Assembly (NCBI GenBank): GCA_013239625.1
Contig: MU054323.1
Location: 1,550,001-1,614,000 of the forward strand
DNA: 64,000 nt
Source: Lama guanicoe
Lineage: Eukaryota
Direction of reading: 5' to 3'
The notes beneath the pieces were generated by a model. That model saw nothing but the letters and a program-made list of their open reading frames with translations, did no database searches and was not told where the DNA came from. This document shows, piece by piece, positions 36,776-50,417 of this stretch. The position numbers and the translations under genes were made by a program. The stretch's first letter is position 1. Each line of letters begins with the position of its first letter.

Positions 36776-39700
36776 TGACCAGAAAAACTGGCTAGGAAAG
36801 AGACATTTCTTTCTAGAAAATGTCACGTAACTGGGGAAAAGTGGAGAACACCTTAGCTCAGAAACAGTAACTCAAATTTAACTTTATGGTAACTAACAGA
36901 TAATTTTTTTACGGACTTTTCATTTTGCCTGCATTGTTCATACTAGTTGTGTTTAAGTAGGCATTGTTACAACTTTGTAGTCTTTGCTCATATAATAAAG
37001 GAAAAGCCAAAATAGATGTCCTAGGTACTCATTAATGATATCTGTTCAACTACCGGTAATAGTTGTTCTGTGACATAACTGACAAAAGAAATTAAAATAA
37101 CATGGGTAATTAAGTTTTAAGTGTAATGATCATATTAAAGATATTACTCATGGGTTTAGTTAAAAGCCCTCTTTTATCTTGCTAAAGGGGTCCAATCTGT
37201 GGGAATCTTAAAATACTAATAGAAAGTCAGCTCTGGGCTTATTTTTTTTCCACACATGGCTGCCCCAGTGAATAATATATTCCACTGAAGTCTGTACAGA
37301 ATGATCCTTTACAGAATGATCCTAATGTGCTTGAAATATTTAAAGGACTACAGTTCGTAAACTTTGTAAACTTAAGAGTCTACCTGGTCAGTTTCTCAAT
37401 TTTTTTCTACCTCTCTCAGAAGGAATGCAGTTTACATCACAGTCGTATACATAAATGTGTTTGTATGTGTCATGATAACGCTGCACCACATGAAAGTCTT
37501 CATTCATTACTATTGTTATATACGTGTAGTCAGTTTATGTAATGAAGCATTAGAAACATGGTAGAAAGGATTGAACGTAGGGCTGGAAAGGCCAGAGAAA
37601 AGACATACCTTGCCTAAGACCACACAACTAGTTCCAAGGTATTCTGATGGAAACCAGAAAATGTGATCTCTCATACCTAAAAAGCCATACTGAAGCTGTA
37701 TTTGAAATTCAGGTACTCCTAAAGTTGCAGAACATTGCTTTTTAATTGACCCGTGAACTATGTACATATTTTGTAACTTAGTATTTAGGCAGGAAATGAA
37801 CCATCTGAAGATTTCTAGTTTCTTTTCCTAACCCTTTACAAATAAAACCACATTTTTTAAGCTTTTTTTTTTAATTTGAAAAGTAATACAAGCCTATGGT
37901 TATTTTTAAAAATAAACGTAAAGAAATATACTTTGAAGAGTAATTCTTCACATCCCTCAACTTCAGTCATTCTTACTAAGTAACCTATTTTCAACCTGTT
38001 TTCATTTTGAAACCTGGAGTCTTTTTTTTTATTTATTAATACATATAGATCTATACCATTTTTATTTGCTGCATCACCTTCTCCATTGTTTGAACATACC
38101 ATAATTTACTTAAAGTTGTATCCTTTATTGTGAGTATTTGGTTCTTCCCAGTGTCTTACTGTTACAAAGAGTGCTACAATGAATATCCTTGTATATAAAT
38201 CTATATACACCTAAGAACATATCTTATTAAAGTAAATTCCTAGGAGAGCTATTGCTAAATCAGGAAATACCTGCATTTAAAATGTTGACAGCTTGAGTCA
38301 GGGTCAGATTTAAATGAAATAAGATCAGCTATGATAATGTTCCTCCAGAGAGGAATTGTTTAATTTCCCTCAATAGCAATCCATGCCAGTATCCAGCGTG
38401 AGTCACAAATAAAGGAAAGCACAATTATCAATAAGAACTTCCCCCTCAAACTTTCTGTTTCTGAATTTTACATGTTCTGATGGTTAACACTTTAAAAAGC
38501 TTGTTTCCCTTTATAATAATGCCTTAGAAAAATATATGCGTTCCCCACTCTTTTTCCAGAATTAACTACAACTTTTTACATTAACAAAGAGATAAAACCT
38601 TGACTCTGAATCTTTGCCACAATGCCACCCACATTCAATCAGTGGGCCTTCTTGGTGTGAAATAGACAATCTGAGCACTGGAGCCACCATTAACTACCTA
38701 ATGCTTTCTTCTCTACATTTAAATCCGTGTATCTTTTCCTTCTAAAGTGACACACTAGCAAATATTTGTGCAGCTCTTCATAAAAATGAGTGCACAAAAT
38801 AGTAATTATGGTAACATTGGCCACATTTAAAATTAAGATTCAGAAAAGCTCAGAGAAAATGACAGCCACAGTTCCAGCATTAATTTTCTTTGCAGCCACA
38901 TACAATTTGAGAACATTTGCTTTCAGTAGGGACTCTGTTAACGGAATGGACAATACAGTACATTTTATTTCGAATGGCTCTGCATTATGGTAATAGCCTT
39001 TTGACTTCATATGTTTTTGTATCCCACCTTGTGTTTTTGGAATAAATTAAGGTCATTGTTTAGAGGATGATTATCTGTTATATAGTCAGACTGAATCTTC
39101 ATTGCAAATACTACGTACTATTTTTCGTCAAATAATAACAAAGGAAAAGAAAACCAGATATAGATGTTTAATAAGGAAAAACTGGCCTATAGAAAATACC
39201 AAAGAGGTACAATAGCAGGGTTTAAGCCAATTTTGTTTTTAAAATATCGTGCACATAGAAAAGAGTTTAACATTAACATTTAACATTTTTTTAAAAGATT
39301 TTTTATTTTTCCACAATGAACATGTATGACCTTGCAATTTAAAAAGCCAATGCTCTTTTTAAAAGTATAATTACATATTCCTTCAACTCTTCATTTTCTG
39401 CCTCCCCCCACTTTTCCTTCATTAACCTTTGGTTTTTTTGCTTGTGTTGTGTTTGTGTGTTTGCATGCTTCCTTGCTTTTGCCTTTCTGTTTTTCCTGAT
39501 TATGATAGGGGATTAATACTATTCTCTCTTTAGGTATGTAAATCAAGGAATGAATTCTCAAGGCAAATTTGTTTTACTACATCCCTGGATTTTCTACCCA
39601 TCTCTGGTTTGTTAGCTCTTATTATTAGCTGGAACACAGCTAATTATCACTTTCCAAATTTATCCAAAATTATCACCTCCAAATTTCATGCAATATTGAC

Positions 39701-40155
39701 ACAATATTAATGTAACCATGCAGAAAATTTTATTCTTAGCCACTACTAAAGGTGACGTAGAAAAGAAGAGGAAAGAATGAAGAGAGACAAGGGTACCATT
39801 GACATTTGAGTTACATTAAATTAAAAAATAACTTTTTCAGTTCTACAGAGAAACCTATATTTGGTGACAAGAGTGTATTTTAAGGACAAATTTAGCATGC
39901 TCTAATCTAATGACTTTTAATCTGTTAGTTGCATTAGTGTTTTTGAAGCCACTAAGTATATTACCACCTTTTTAATGTTTCTGTGTTCTCAATTCTTCTG
40001 AGAAGTTGACTAATGAAAGAATTAAGAGAATAGTATATTTATGAATCACCCCAAATTAGCTCAAAATACATTGTTTGAATTTCTGTTCTGAGCTTCTATG
40101 TCTTTTAACAATCTTTTGAAAAGTGCGTTTCAAATAATAACAGATAATCACCAAA

Positions 40156-40316
40156 ATGGGAGTGAATGACTTGTGGCAGATCCTGGAGCCTGTTAAAGAG
40201 CACGTCCTCTTGCACAGTCTCAGTGGGAAAACCATTGCAGTTGATCTGAGTCTCTGGGTATGTGAAGCACAGACAGTCAAAAAAATGATTGGAACCGTCA
40301 TGAAGCCCCACCTCAG
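40156..40316 (+). CDS. GEN1: GEN1 coding exon 1 (XPG-N)
   Basis: MGVNDLWQILEPVKEHVLLHSLSGKTIAVDLSLWVCEAQTVKKMIGTVMKPHL; 161 nt; likely acceptor CAG ending 40143. Confidence 0.97.
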
Positions 40317-40854
40317 GTAGAGTACAAGTTCTTAGAATATAAATAGATGATTGTATAAGCAGTGGATGTCTTGGTTTTGCTTCCACTTTATTTCTTTTGT
40401 TGTTGCTGTTTGACATTTTGACATTTAAAAATATGTTGACATGTCTAGATCTGCCATCTCTATATTGGTGACTCACAATTTGTACCTCTTACTCTTTGAG
40501 TTCCAGACTCACATACCTAGTTGCCTACTTAACGTACCCTCTAGGATGCTTCAGTGACTACAAGCCAGATATTTGGGAGCCATTCTCCCCTTTTTTCATC
40601 CCTCTCCACATCCAATCCATCGGGAAGTCTTGCCGGTTCTACTTGCAAAATATATTCTACCTTCACAAACCTCTTGATGTCCAGAGGCACTACCTCAGTG
40701 TATGCCAACATCTCTTATCTGCCTTGCTGAGATGAGATCTTTCCCTGTCTTCTCCTGGCCTTCTCCTGCTGCAAACCACTTTCCACATAGTGATTAGAAT
40801 AATCATGAATCTCCTTTGGTAAAAACATGCAATGATTTCTCAGTGCACTTAAAT

Positions 40855-41563
40855 TGTTTTTTAACATTTTTTATTGAGTTATAGTCATTTTACAATGTTG
40901 GGTCAATTTCCAGTGTAGAGCACAATTTTTCAGTTATACATGAACATACGTATATTCATTGTCGCTTTTTTTTTGCTGTGAGCTACCATAAGATCTTGTA
41001 TATATTTCCCTGTGCTATACAGTATAATCTTGCTTATCTATTCCACATATGCCTGTCAGTAACTACAAATTTCACACTCCTAGTCTGTCCCTTCCCACCC
41101 CACTCCCCCTTGGCAACTTGACCACAAGTTTGTATTCTGTGTCTATGAGTCTGTTTCTGTTTTGTATTTATGTTCTTTTTTTTTTTCTTTTTTAGATTCC
41201 ACTATGAGTGATCTCATATGGTATGTTTCTTTCTCTTTCTGGCTTACTTCACTTAGAATGACATTCTCCAGGGACATCCATGTTGCTGCAAATGGTGTTA
41301 TGTTGTCATTTTTATGGCTGAATAGTATTCCATTGTATAAATATACCACATCTTCTTTATCCAGTCATCTGTTGATGGACATTTAGGCTGTTTCCATGTC
41401 TTGGCTATTGTAAATAGTGCTACTATGAACATTGGGGTGCAGGTGTCTTTTTGAAGTAGGGTTCCTTCTGGATATGTGCTCAGGAGTGGGATTACTGGGT
41501 CATATGGTAAGTCTATTCCTAGTCTTTTGAGGAATCTCCATACTGTTTTCCACAGTGACTGCA
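40855..41563 (-). mobile_element. relatively young 5'-truncated L1 with 9-bp TSD
   Basis: ORF2 C-terminal peptide (QSLWKTVWRFLKRLGIDLPYDP...KCPSTDDWIKKMWYIYTMEYYSA); CACTTAAAT at 40846-40854 and 41564-41572. Confidence 0.92.
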
Positions 41564-41700
41564 CACTTAAATCTCAATAATAAATAAAATACTGTTGTGT
41601 ATGACATTTTTGATACTAATGTTCTTGCCATTATGCTATACTATATTGATTTTTGCTTTCAATATATGATGATTGATGTATTTTTAATTTTATGTTTTAG

Positions 41701-41887
41701 GAATTTATTTTTTCGTATTTCATATTTAACGCTGATGGATGTAAAACTGGTGTTCGTTATGGAAGGGAAACCCCCAAAGCTGAAAGCTGATGTCATGAGC
41801 AAGAGGAATCAGATTCGGTATGGGCCTTCTGGAAAAACATGCTCTCAGAAAACAGGGAGGTCACATTTTAAATCAGTTTTAAAGGAG
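41701..41887 (+). CDS. GEN1: GEN1 coding exon 2
   Basis: NLFFRISYLTLMDVKLVFVMEGKPPKLKADVMSKRNQIRYG...FKSVLKE; 187 nt. Confidence 0.97.
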
Positions 41888-44202
41888 GTGAGCATTCAGA
41901 TTTAATTCAATAATTCTGATTTGAATTAGAAAGTGTATTTTACTCTGATAAAGTTTGTTGTTCAGTATTTTTAGTACGTATTAACCTTACTGTAAATAGA
42001 AGACCAGTGTGAACAGAGAAGAGAGTTTATGTTTTGAAGCGTAACTGACCCAAGTCCAAGTTCTAACTCCGGCATCTAGAAAAGGCAATGGGCAAGATTT
42101 TTGACATATCTTTGCCTTGTTTCCTACTCTGAAATGGGGATAGTAATACTTCACAGGCATGTGGTGAAAATTAGAGAATAGTATCTCTAAGTAATGGGTA
42201 CATAGTCAGTTCTTGATACATGTGATATTTTATGACGTCTTCAGCACTTGAATTCGCAGAATAGAGTTCTCCTTAATTCATACTTCAGTCATTCAGGATT
42301 AATGCCAATTCATAGATGGAATACATATTTGCTTTCCCTTAGGGCTTTGTAATTTTAAAAAGTACTTACTGTTATATTTTAATATATTTTTATGTTATGA
42401 AATATATATTTTTATAAAAGTTAAGAGAAAAGAAATCAATAGTAAAATATAGAAGTAAAACAATAGGAAGCTATTACTAGTCTTTTTACAAATGTATTTT
42501 TAATTGCTGTAACAGTGCACAAATAATTTTTATCTTGGACTTTTCATGTAATGTAGCATACTCATATTTCTCCATTGCCATATTTTATTCAAAATCACAA
42601 TTTGTAATGGTTGTACAACATGTGTGGAGGCGTGAAATCATTCCCCATGATTGTGTATTGTTGTGTGTTGTTTGCTTTTCAGTTCTTCTCTGTTATACAT
42701 GAAATTGTGATGAACGTTTTTTATGTACATAGCTTTTTCATGTGATTTTAAGATAAAATTTCCCGAAGTGGGATTGATAGAGCAAAGTTTAGGAATGATT
42801 TTACAACTTTGCCAGTTGCTTTCTACCAGTTCAGATATGAGATAAGCAATTTCAGTGCACCCACAAGATCACTGGATATTAGGTTTATCTTTGTGTTATG
42901 TAAGTTGTAAAAAACAAAGTTATTTCTTTGTTTATACACTACATATAAATAAATATAATACATATTTAATATGTGTTGGTTTTTTAATGGTGAGATTAAA
43001 ATTTAGCTTAGTTTTAGTTCTTCTGTGGATAATCCTTTTCTCACTTACCTCTTGATTTTAATTTTTCTTTTGTTCAAGTTCTTTATAAAGGATATAGACC
43101 TTTTGTCATATTTGCTTTGAATTCATATCCCTGTTTTTCTTCTTAATTTTGATTAAAAATTTAATTTCTTTTAAAAGGCATTACATAAATTAATAATCAT
43201 TTTTCTCCAGAAATTTTGTGTTTTTTAAATTTTTATGTGACTTTTTAAAAAAGCAAATTTTGATTAGTGACTATTCCACTTTAATGAGTGTCAGTAACTG
43301 AAGAAAATGTCTGTACTAGATTCTAATTATTTTTTGTATGATCAGTTCCTAGAAGTGTGGTTCACATACTTAAGGCATTAACTACCCAGTATAAAGCCAA
43401 AAGAAGTGCATGTCGTTTTGAGAAAATTACTCTATTCTTATTTATTTCACTAATTGTGGTGTTCTTAGGCATTTAACGTTGATTCAGTGTTGCCCACCTG
43501 CTACTCATCTTTATATTTCTGTCCCCGCAGTTACTAGACCTTATGTCCTCCAAATCCACTGCTATCTTCTAGTTATAAGCAGGAGAAGCACAAGTGAGCC
43601 TCTAACACAGCCTCCACCCCACATGATAGAGAGGTAGGGGAGGGGAAATTACAGCCAGCCTTGTCACAAATTCTGTGCTGGTTTTTGAAAACAGTTGGAA
43701 GGACGTGGCTCAAGAATCTGAAAAAAGGATGCTTTTCATCTAAGGGTAAGATAGAAACAACTATGGTGTTGCACTGAAGCAATACCTATAACAAAACTGT
43801 CTCTGTAAAGCCACCCAGCCAGAGTCCTGAAAAGTATCCCTTTTTTCAACATAGTACTTTGTCTTTCTGAACTTTGTCCAGCTTGGGCAACATCTGGCAG
43901 AGGTTTTTATTATGTAATATAGCATACAAACAATCAATTAAAGCAAAAGAGATGATATTTATTCTCTCAGTCTCTAGAAACTACAGGTAAATAGCCTCTT
44001 TTCCTCACCATACCCAATGTACCCCCAATGATAGAATGCACTAAAAGCTAAACTATAAGCTGCTCAGCTGTGTTAAATTCATAACTCAAAGAAAATCGTA
44101 GCAGAGTATTTGTACATGCAAATTGATATAAACATCCTGCACAGACATTTGACTTCTGAGAAGCACTCCAACAACTGATCCCTGTGTGATTTCCCACAAC
44201 AT

Positions 44203-44742
44203 TGTTCCCGAACTCAGGTTCGGCTGCTTGTGCTCAAAAGCCAATAATCAAGAGGCAAGTGTCAATAGAAAGGAAAGGTGTTTTAATCAGAAAAGCCAGC
44301 AATCTGGGGAGAAGGTGGACGCATGTCCTGAGACCAACTCCAAAGATTCTGCTCAGCCATGACAGTTTTTAAAGGAAAAAGTGGGGAAGAGTCTCAGTGA
44401 GTCACTGAGGCAGGAGGTTGGGTTCTGCATCACTCTCCATTGTGTGCAGGCTGGCTGACTCTTCAAATGAGTCCTTGCCCATGTGATCTCCCTGCAGGAT
44501 TGCCAAGGGGGTATTGGGGGTAGGGAGCTAGTCATTCTTTAATTACTTAATTCTTCATTCTTACCTCTTTTAATCCAGGAAAAGAATCAACGGGTTAGGG
44601 AAGGCATGGTGTGCATTCAGGAGAGTACAATTAAGGAGTTAGTTTAAATTGCCTAGTGATCTCATTCCTATAAAGTTCTTTCAAGGTTAGAGGGAACAGA
44701 AATGGGCAAACAGGAAAGGGTCAGAGGGTCATACTGCTTTCA
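44203..44742 (-). mobile_element. solo ERV LTR (ERV1-like, 540 bp)
   Basis: TG...CA termini; 4-bp flanks ACAT / ATAT; ERV1-type text CGAACTCAGGTTCGGCTGC; orientation inferred. Confidence 0.7.
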
Positions 44743-45039
44743 ATATGGGAGGTTCATTGTACAGGAGAAGGTGATAGGAAGTGAACTTTAAGACCTCAAG
44801 CCAAAACTGTGTAAAAAAATCTTTGAAAGAGCTTATATTGGTGTGACCAGCATGTAAGAAGAATTGTCGTAGTTTTACAGATGTAAATGTTAATGTGATT
44901 AATTATTTAAATAACAATTATTTAAAGATATTTCCAGATGCTTTAGATAATAACATTGAATAGAACAATAAAAATTGTATATTCATTATTTTAAAAGTAA
45001 TGTTTTAATTGTTTTGTTGAATATGGACTACTTTTTAAT

Positions 45040-45370
45040 GACATTAAAATTTGTAACTTTCATTAGAGAATTTTAAATCAATATAAAAGTAACCCATCAC
45101 CAGTCTTTAACAATTATCAACCCTTGACCAATTTTGTTTCACCTATCTCACGCACCCATCCCCCTAGTCTAACAATATTTTGAAGCAAATCCCAGACATG
45201 ATATTGTTTTACTTTCAATATTTCAGTACCTTTGTCTAAAAGATAGGGGCTCTTAAAAAATAAAAACGTGACCACAATATAATTTTTATTATTGCAGCTA
45301 AAAGTTTAGCAATCATTCTTTAATGCCATAAAGTAGTCAGCGTTCAAATTACCGTTTCTTAAATATCATA
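45040..45370 (-). mobile_element. old L1 (L1ME-like) 3' fragment
   Basis: ATTTTGAAGCAAATCCCAGACAT...AATATTTCAGTA. Confidence 0.6.
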
Positions 45371-45493
45371 ATTTGCAAAACACCTAAATATCTGCTATTA
45401 ATATTTGTAATATAGAAGTAAGTTAAACACTGGGGGGATAAAAACAGCAATAAAAATGGTCTTAGATTCGTTGCATGTACTTTTTCTCTTCAG

Positions 45494-45670
45494 TGTCTTG
45501 ATATGCTGGAATGCTTAGGAATTCCCTGGGTCCAGGCAGCTGGGGAAGCTGAAGCCATGTGTGCTTACCTCAATGCCAGTGGTTACACAGATGGCTGCCT
45601 CACCAATGATGGAGATGCTTTTCTTTATGGGGCCCAGACTGTCTATAGGAATTTCACTATGAACACCAAG
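45494..45670 (+). CDS. GEN1: GEN1 coding exon 3 (XPG-I)
   Basis: CLDMLECLGIPWVQAAGEAEAMCAYLNASGYTDGCLTNDGDAFLYGAQTVYRNFTMNTK; 177 nt. Confidence 0.98.
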
Positions 45671-46714
45671 GTATTTTTTTGGTTCTCTTTTTCAGCGTTT
45701 GTTTTGCAAACTACCCTTTTTTAAAAAAGGATTATTACATGATTAAATGAACTAAAATGTGTAAAATGCTTACCATAGTGCTTGGCACATAGCAGTTGCT
45801 AAATAAAATGTTTACTCTTATTAAAAATATCACTACCGCTTGTTCATTCTTTTTGAAATGTGTATTTCTCTTCCAGGGGCTTGACTTGTTTCACAAGGTT
45901 TAAGTCTAGATTGGTTTCAAATATATATTATAAAATTGCATATGATATGTGTCGCTTTGACTTAGAATTTCCACTTTTAGTAAGCCTCAAAAACACCTCC
46001 AAATATGCAAAGAGAGATATTACTACCAGGGGACATTTAGTTTGTAATCATTTAAGCTTGGGCAAGGGAGACTATAGACATTGAGTGTATTAGAGCCAGG
46101 AAAACTAAACCTCTTGCCAGAAAATTCTGTCATGTCTCTGAAAATGCTAAGTGTCCCTATTGATAAACACTGCCTTCTGATGTAATAGTAAGCAGTATTA
46201 AAAAGGTCTGTATTATTGACATTAAAGATACCCAGATATTAGGGGGGAAAAACATTGCAAAGTAGTATTTTTATATAATCTTATTTTTACTTAACAATAT
46301 AGTAATAATAAATATTTATATACATCAAAGGAAATGTTTTTTAGAAGAATATACATAATGCTGTTAATAGTTAACTGCAGATGATGCAATTACAGGGAAT
46401 GTTTACTTTCTATAATATACATTTTACAATGTTTAATTTTGTAAGACAAAAACTTACTTTTGTAGACACCAAGAAATGATAAAGAGGGAAAAAGTGACTA
46501 CTATAATTTTTAAAGTCATTTTTAAGCTATGACTTTATTTCCTGTATTGAAGTGATAAATTCTGTGAGGATTCTGGTGATCAGGATAATTTTCCTGTTTA
46601 AACTTTTAGAAATAAACATTTAGAGACAACTTTGACAAATTATTCTCTGTAATGTTGTTTAATATACAAATGTTTACTTTTTGAAGATGCAACTAAGTCT
46701 ATACTTTCTTCCAG

Positions 46715-46825
46715 GACCCACATGTTGACTGCTATACGATGTCATCTATCAAGAGTAAACTAGGTTTGGATAGAGATGCTCTGGTTGGGCTGGCAGTACT
46801 ACTTGGCTGTGATTATCTTCCAAAG
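46715..46825 (+). CDS. GEN1: GEN1 coding exon 4
   Basis: DPHVDCYTMSSIKSKLGLDRDALVGLAVLLGCDYLPK; 111 nt; donor GTGCAC. Confidence 0.97.
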
Positions 46826-48934
46826 GTGCACTGAAATTGTTGTGTTTATTTATTTACTATTCGTAGTGGCTTTTTTTAATACCTTACATGCTGCATAAAT
46901 ATGAATATTATATGGTTATATAATTAAGAACCTAATTTAGAATATAAATGTAATAACCTGTTCAATAACTGAAATAATCAGCATTTCAAGTGGCATTAAA
47001 AACCTGGCTCATTGTGACACTGAATGTTATAAACGAGAATAGAATCATAACTAGTACTACAGCTTGAGTCTCGGTAAACTGTAATTCTAAGAGATTCACA
47101 TTCAAGTTTGACTACCCTTTTAAAGAAATGTCGGAATTACTCTTTCCTTGTATCATGCCAATATTAATTTCTGTCACTGTTTTTCTGTGTTCTGGTTTTC
47201 AACCTCCATTGTGGCTTTCTAATTGTGCACATGCTCAGTGTTATTGTTACTGTTGCTAGGCAACATGATTATTGGGTTTAGCCATTCATCCTTCCATGCC
47301 TCTTAGCATTACACTGAGTTTTGTTCATGAAAACCTTTTATATCTTAAGATACACAATATAGCACTCTGTAACAAATAGGTACAGCAGGTGAGGCATGAA
47401 TTAAGAATTACAAGGATAACCCGATTCTTAAATATGACATTTAAAAATATAAAATGACTTGTATTGTAGCTCCTGCTATTTTTATATAGTCCCATTATTA
47501 TATCCCTGCTGGTCATCTCTGTATCCTTTCTAAATCCCTCAGGCTATAGACTCTATCCCTAAGAGAAGTCTAAAGAGGATGATATATAATTCTTTTTCAG
47601 CAGAGCTTACAAGACGGAAAAATAGCAGGGTCGTAAAATTATTAAGTCTAACTTGTAATCTATGTCACCAGTGACCAAAGAGAGAAATTGACAATTTTTT
47701 TTAAACTAGTAAAGAAAACAGGAGGAAAAAAACTGTTAAATAACACACAAAAAAATTACTATAATTCTCATTCTGAAATAGAAGATTCCTACTTCCTTTA
47801 TGTAATTTTATTGTAATTAAAGTCTAAAAACAGCCCAATGTTGAATGTAAGAAAAAATTTGCCAACTTGAATTCACAGAAACCCAGTTTAGCTGCTGTGG
47901 TATTACATTATCCACTAACCTTAGCCATTTTGACCTTTGTGTTCCCTTGCAACCAAAACTATCTATATTATTCTATTTAAAACTGTTTAAGACTGTACTA
48001 GCATGACTTGCCTTCAAAAATTTTAATATGTAACCAAATGCTAATATAAGAAGAATGACATACAAAATACCTAGCGGCTGGTATGCTACAAGACATAGGC
48101 TGCAGAGATGGAACACTCTTCCGGATACCTTTGGTTGTGCCATGTGCTACCCTCTTAGTAGCTGAATCCTGGGTGTAGGTGGGTTGGGAAGGGAATTCAG
48201 GTTAGGAGGGAGACCCCTTTGCGAACAGGCACTCAGGATATTTGGGCAATGTCTATTTGCTAACCAGTTTGGAAGTGTTTTAACACTAGTATGTCTGTCC
48301 AGGTGCATATCAGCTAAAGAGCAGCCTTGCTTACAGAGATATATTAATAACCTTTTAGAGGAACTGGAAGACTCAATTTAAACTGTAAATTGTCTTGTAA
48401 ATAGACATTTATTTATATATTTTTGTGTATTAGAAACTTACTGCTTGTTTTAATTTTCTTAAGTTATTAATTTCAAGAGCTAGCTTGGAATTCTCCTTCG
48501 TTACTTTTGGTGTCTTTAAATAGTAAATGTTTGTATGACCACATGAACATGCTTTTGCTTGATTACAAGTATAACATAAAGTTGGGTCAAATTAAAATAT
48601 TATCAAAATAAGTAACATAGCAAATGAAACCCTCTAAAATTCTGTTCTTCCCTCTCCTAAAAAAACAGTCAGTGGCTTGGTATGTAACCCTCTGACTTTT
48701 CTTTGCATAAGTTAATAATGTAATTGTTATTTAACTTACAAATCTAAATCATACTGTATGCTATTCTGCAATTTTCATTTTATATAATAATATATCTTGC
48801 ACATGTTTTCCTGTCGCATTGTGATATCTCATTCTTTTTGAGCTGCACAATATTACATTGAATGGACATATCTTACTTCATATATCTGTTCCCTAGTGAT
48901 TAACATTTAAATTTCTTTTTCCACTTTCTGAAAG

Positions 48935-49008
48935 GGTGTCCCTGGAGTTGGAAAAGAACAAGCACTAAAACTTATAAAGATTTTGAATGGGCAAAGTTTA
49001 CTTCAGAG
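48935..49008 (+). CDS. GEN1: GEN1 coding exon 5 (H2TH)
   Basis: GVPGVGKEQALKLIKILNGQSLLQ; 74 nt. Confidence 0.97.
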
Positions 49009-50325
49009 GTAACTAAAAATTATGTTCTCTTGTGATACCATTTTTTTATTCTTGTTGAACTTGATAGTGAATATTACAAAAAGTATTATGCTTTCCAAAA
49101 AGGTTTTTTTTTTTGTTTTTAAGCTGATCTATATATTCATTTAAAATCACTTATTTTTATTTATTCTTAAGTTTCCTAAAAGAAGCATGGGAGTATATGT
49201 CCTAAGCCATACTTTGTTTTTTCATCATCAGCTCACTACGTACACAAGTTATAAGATGTCAAATGCGTATATTTATAACCATGAATATTTGGCACAGACT
49301 ATTTTAGGCTATTTACCGACAAGTAAAGATAAACTAACATTAAATTAATTTTATGTTTTAAATTATTTTTGATATGTACTTTGATATTATATTTTTTCTA
49401 TAAATGAAATACCTGAGATGTTGCAAATATTTGATAAGTAACACTTGACCAAAAATTTTACTTGACTGTTTTTAGTTGTATAGCCACAAATTTAGTGACA
49501 GATTAATACAGTTTGAGGATTCAAGACAATTAAGGTACAAAGTATACTAAAGTTTACAAACTATGCTGTTTAGTTTTAAAAGCATGTCAATTATATGTAT
49601 TTGATGAGAGCAGTGTTTTATAAAAATTAATATTACTGATGATAAAGTATAGAATGAATAAGAAGGAAAGGAACTGAGACACTGGGAGACTTAAAACAGC
49701 CTCGGCCTTCAGTAGGTATGAGATGGTGAGTGCGTGAAAGGAAATATTAAGTGGTAGAACTGAAGAAGCGATGACCACAAAAAAGATTTCACATGGCCGT
49801 GTTCTTTCCTATAATGCTTCTCTTTCAGCTGTATAGCTGTTGAAAGATCTAAGACTTTATTCATTATTAATATCAGCAATTAGTGTTTTCCAAAGCAGGA
49901 AGGAAAAGGTATACTTTGGCATGGGGGTGAGTTAAGGAGTCATTTAGGAATTGTAAAGAATAAAATAAAAAAGGAAAAGCAAACAATAATGGCTAACTAT
50001 AAATAATTCTTACTGAAACAGTTACAGCAAATGTATATTTTTGGCAACATTTTATAAAATGTTTGTCTTCACACTTGAAAATAATGAAATTACACTTTGT
50101 TGTAATTATCTGTCATTCTAATTTTTATTAATTTAGACTAACCTTCACCCTAGTTATTTTTTATTTTTTCATGTTTTTATGTTCTCAGTCTGGGCCAGCA
50201 ATGTTACTGCTAAAGGAGAATAAGTAGGCAGGTGGAAGGGGACAGAATAGCCTGACATTTGAGAACATGGTATCTTGGTGACCTTATTATTATTTTTCTC
50301 TTTTTAAAACCATTTTCTTTTAAAG

Positions 50326-50417
50326 GTTTAATCAGTGGAATGAAAAATCTTGTTACTCTAATTCACAACCACCAGTTGTTAACAAACTCGCTCATTGCTC
50401 TGTGTGTTCCCATCCAG
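50326..50417 (+). CDS. GEN1: GEN1 coding exon 6
   Basis: FNQWNEKSCYSNSQPPVVNKLAHCSVCSHP; 92 nt. Confidence 0.95.

Noticed and set aside
41143..41564. Novel protein-coding ORFs
   Set aside because: C-terminal remnant of L1 ORF2 in a 5'-truncated element
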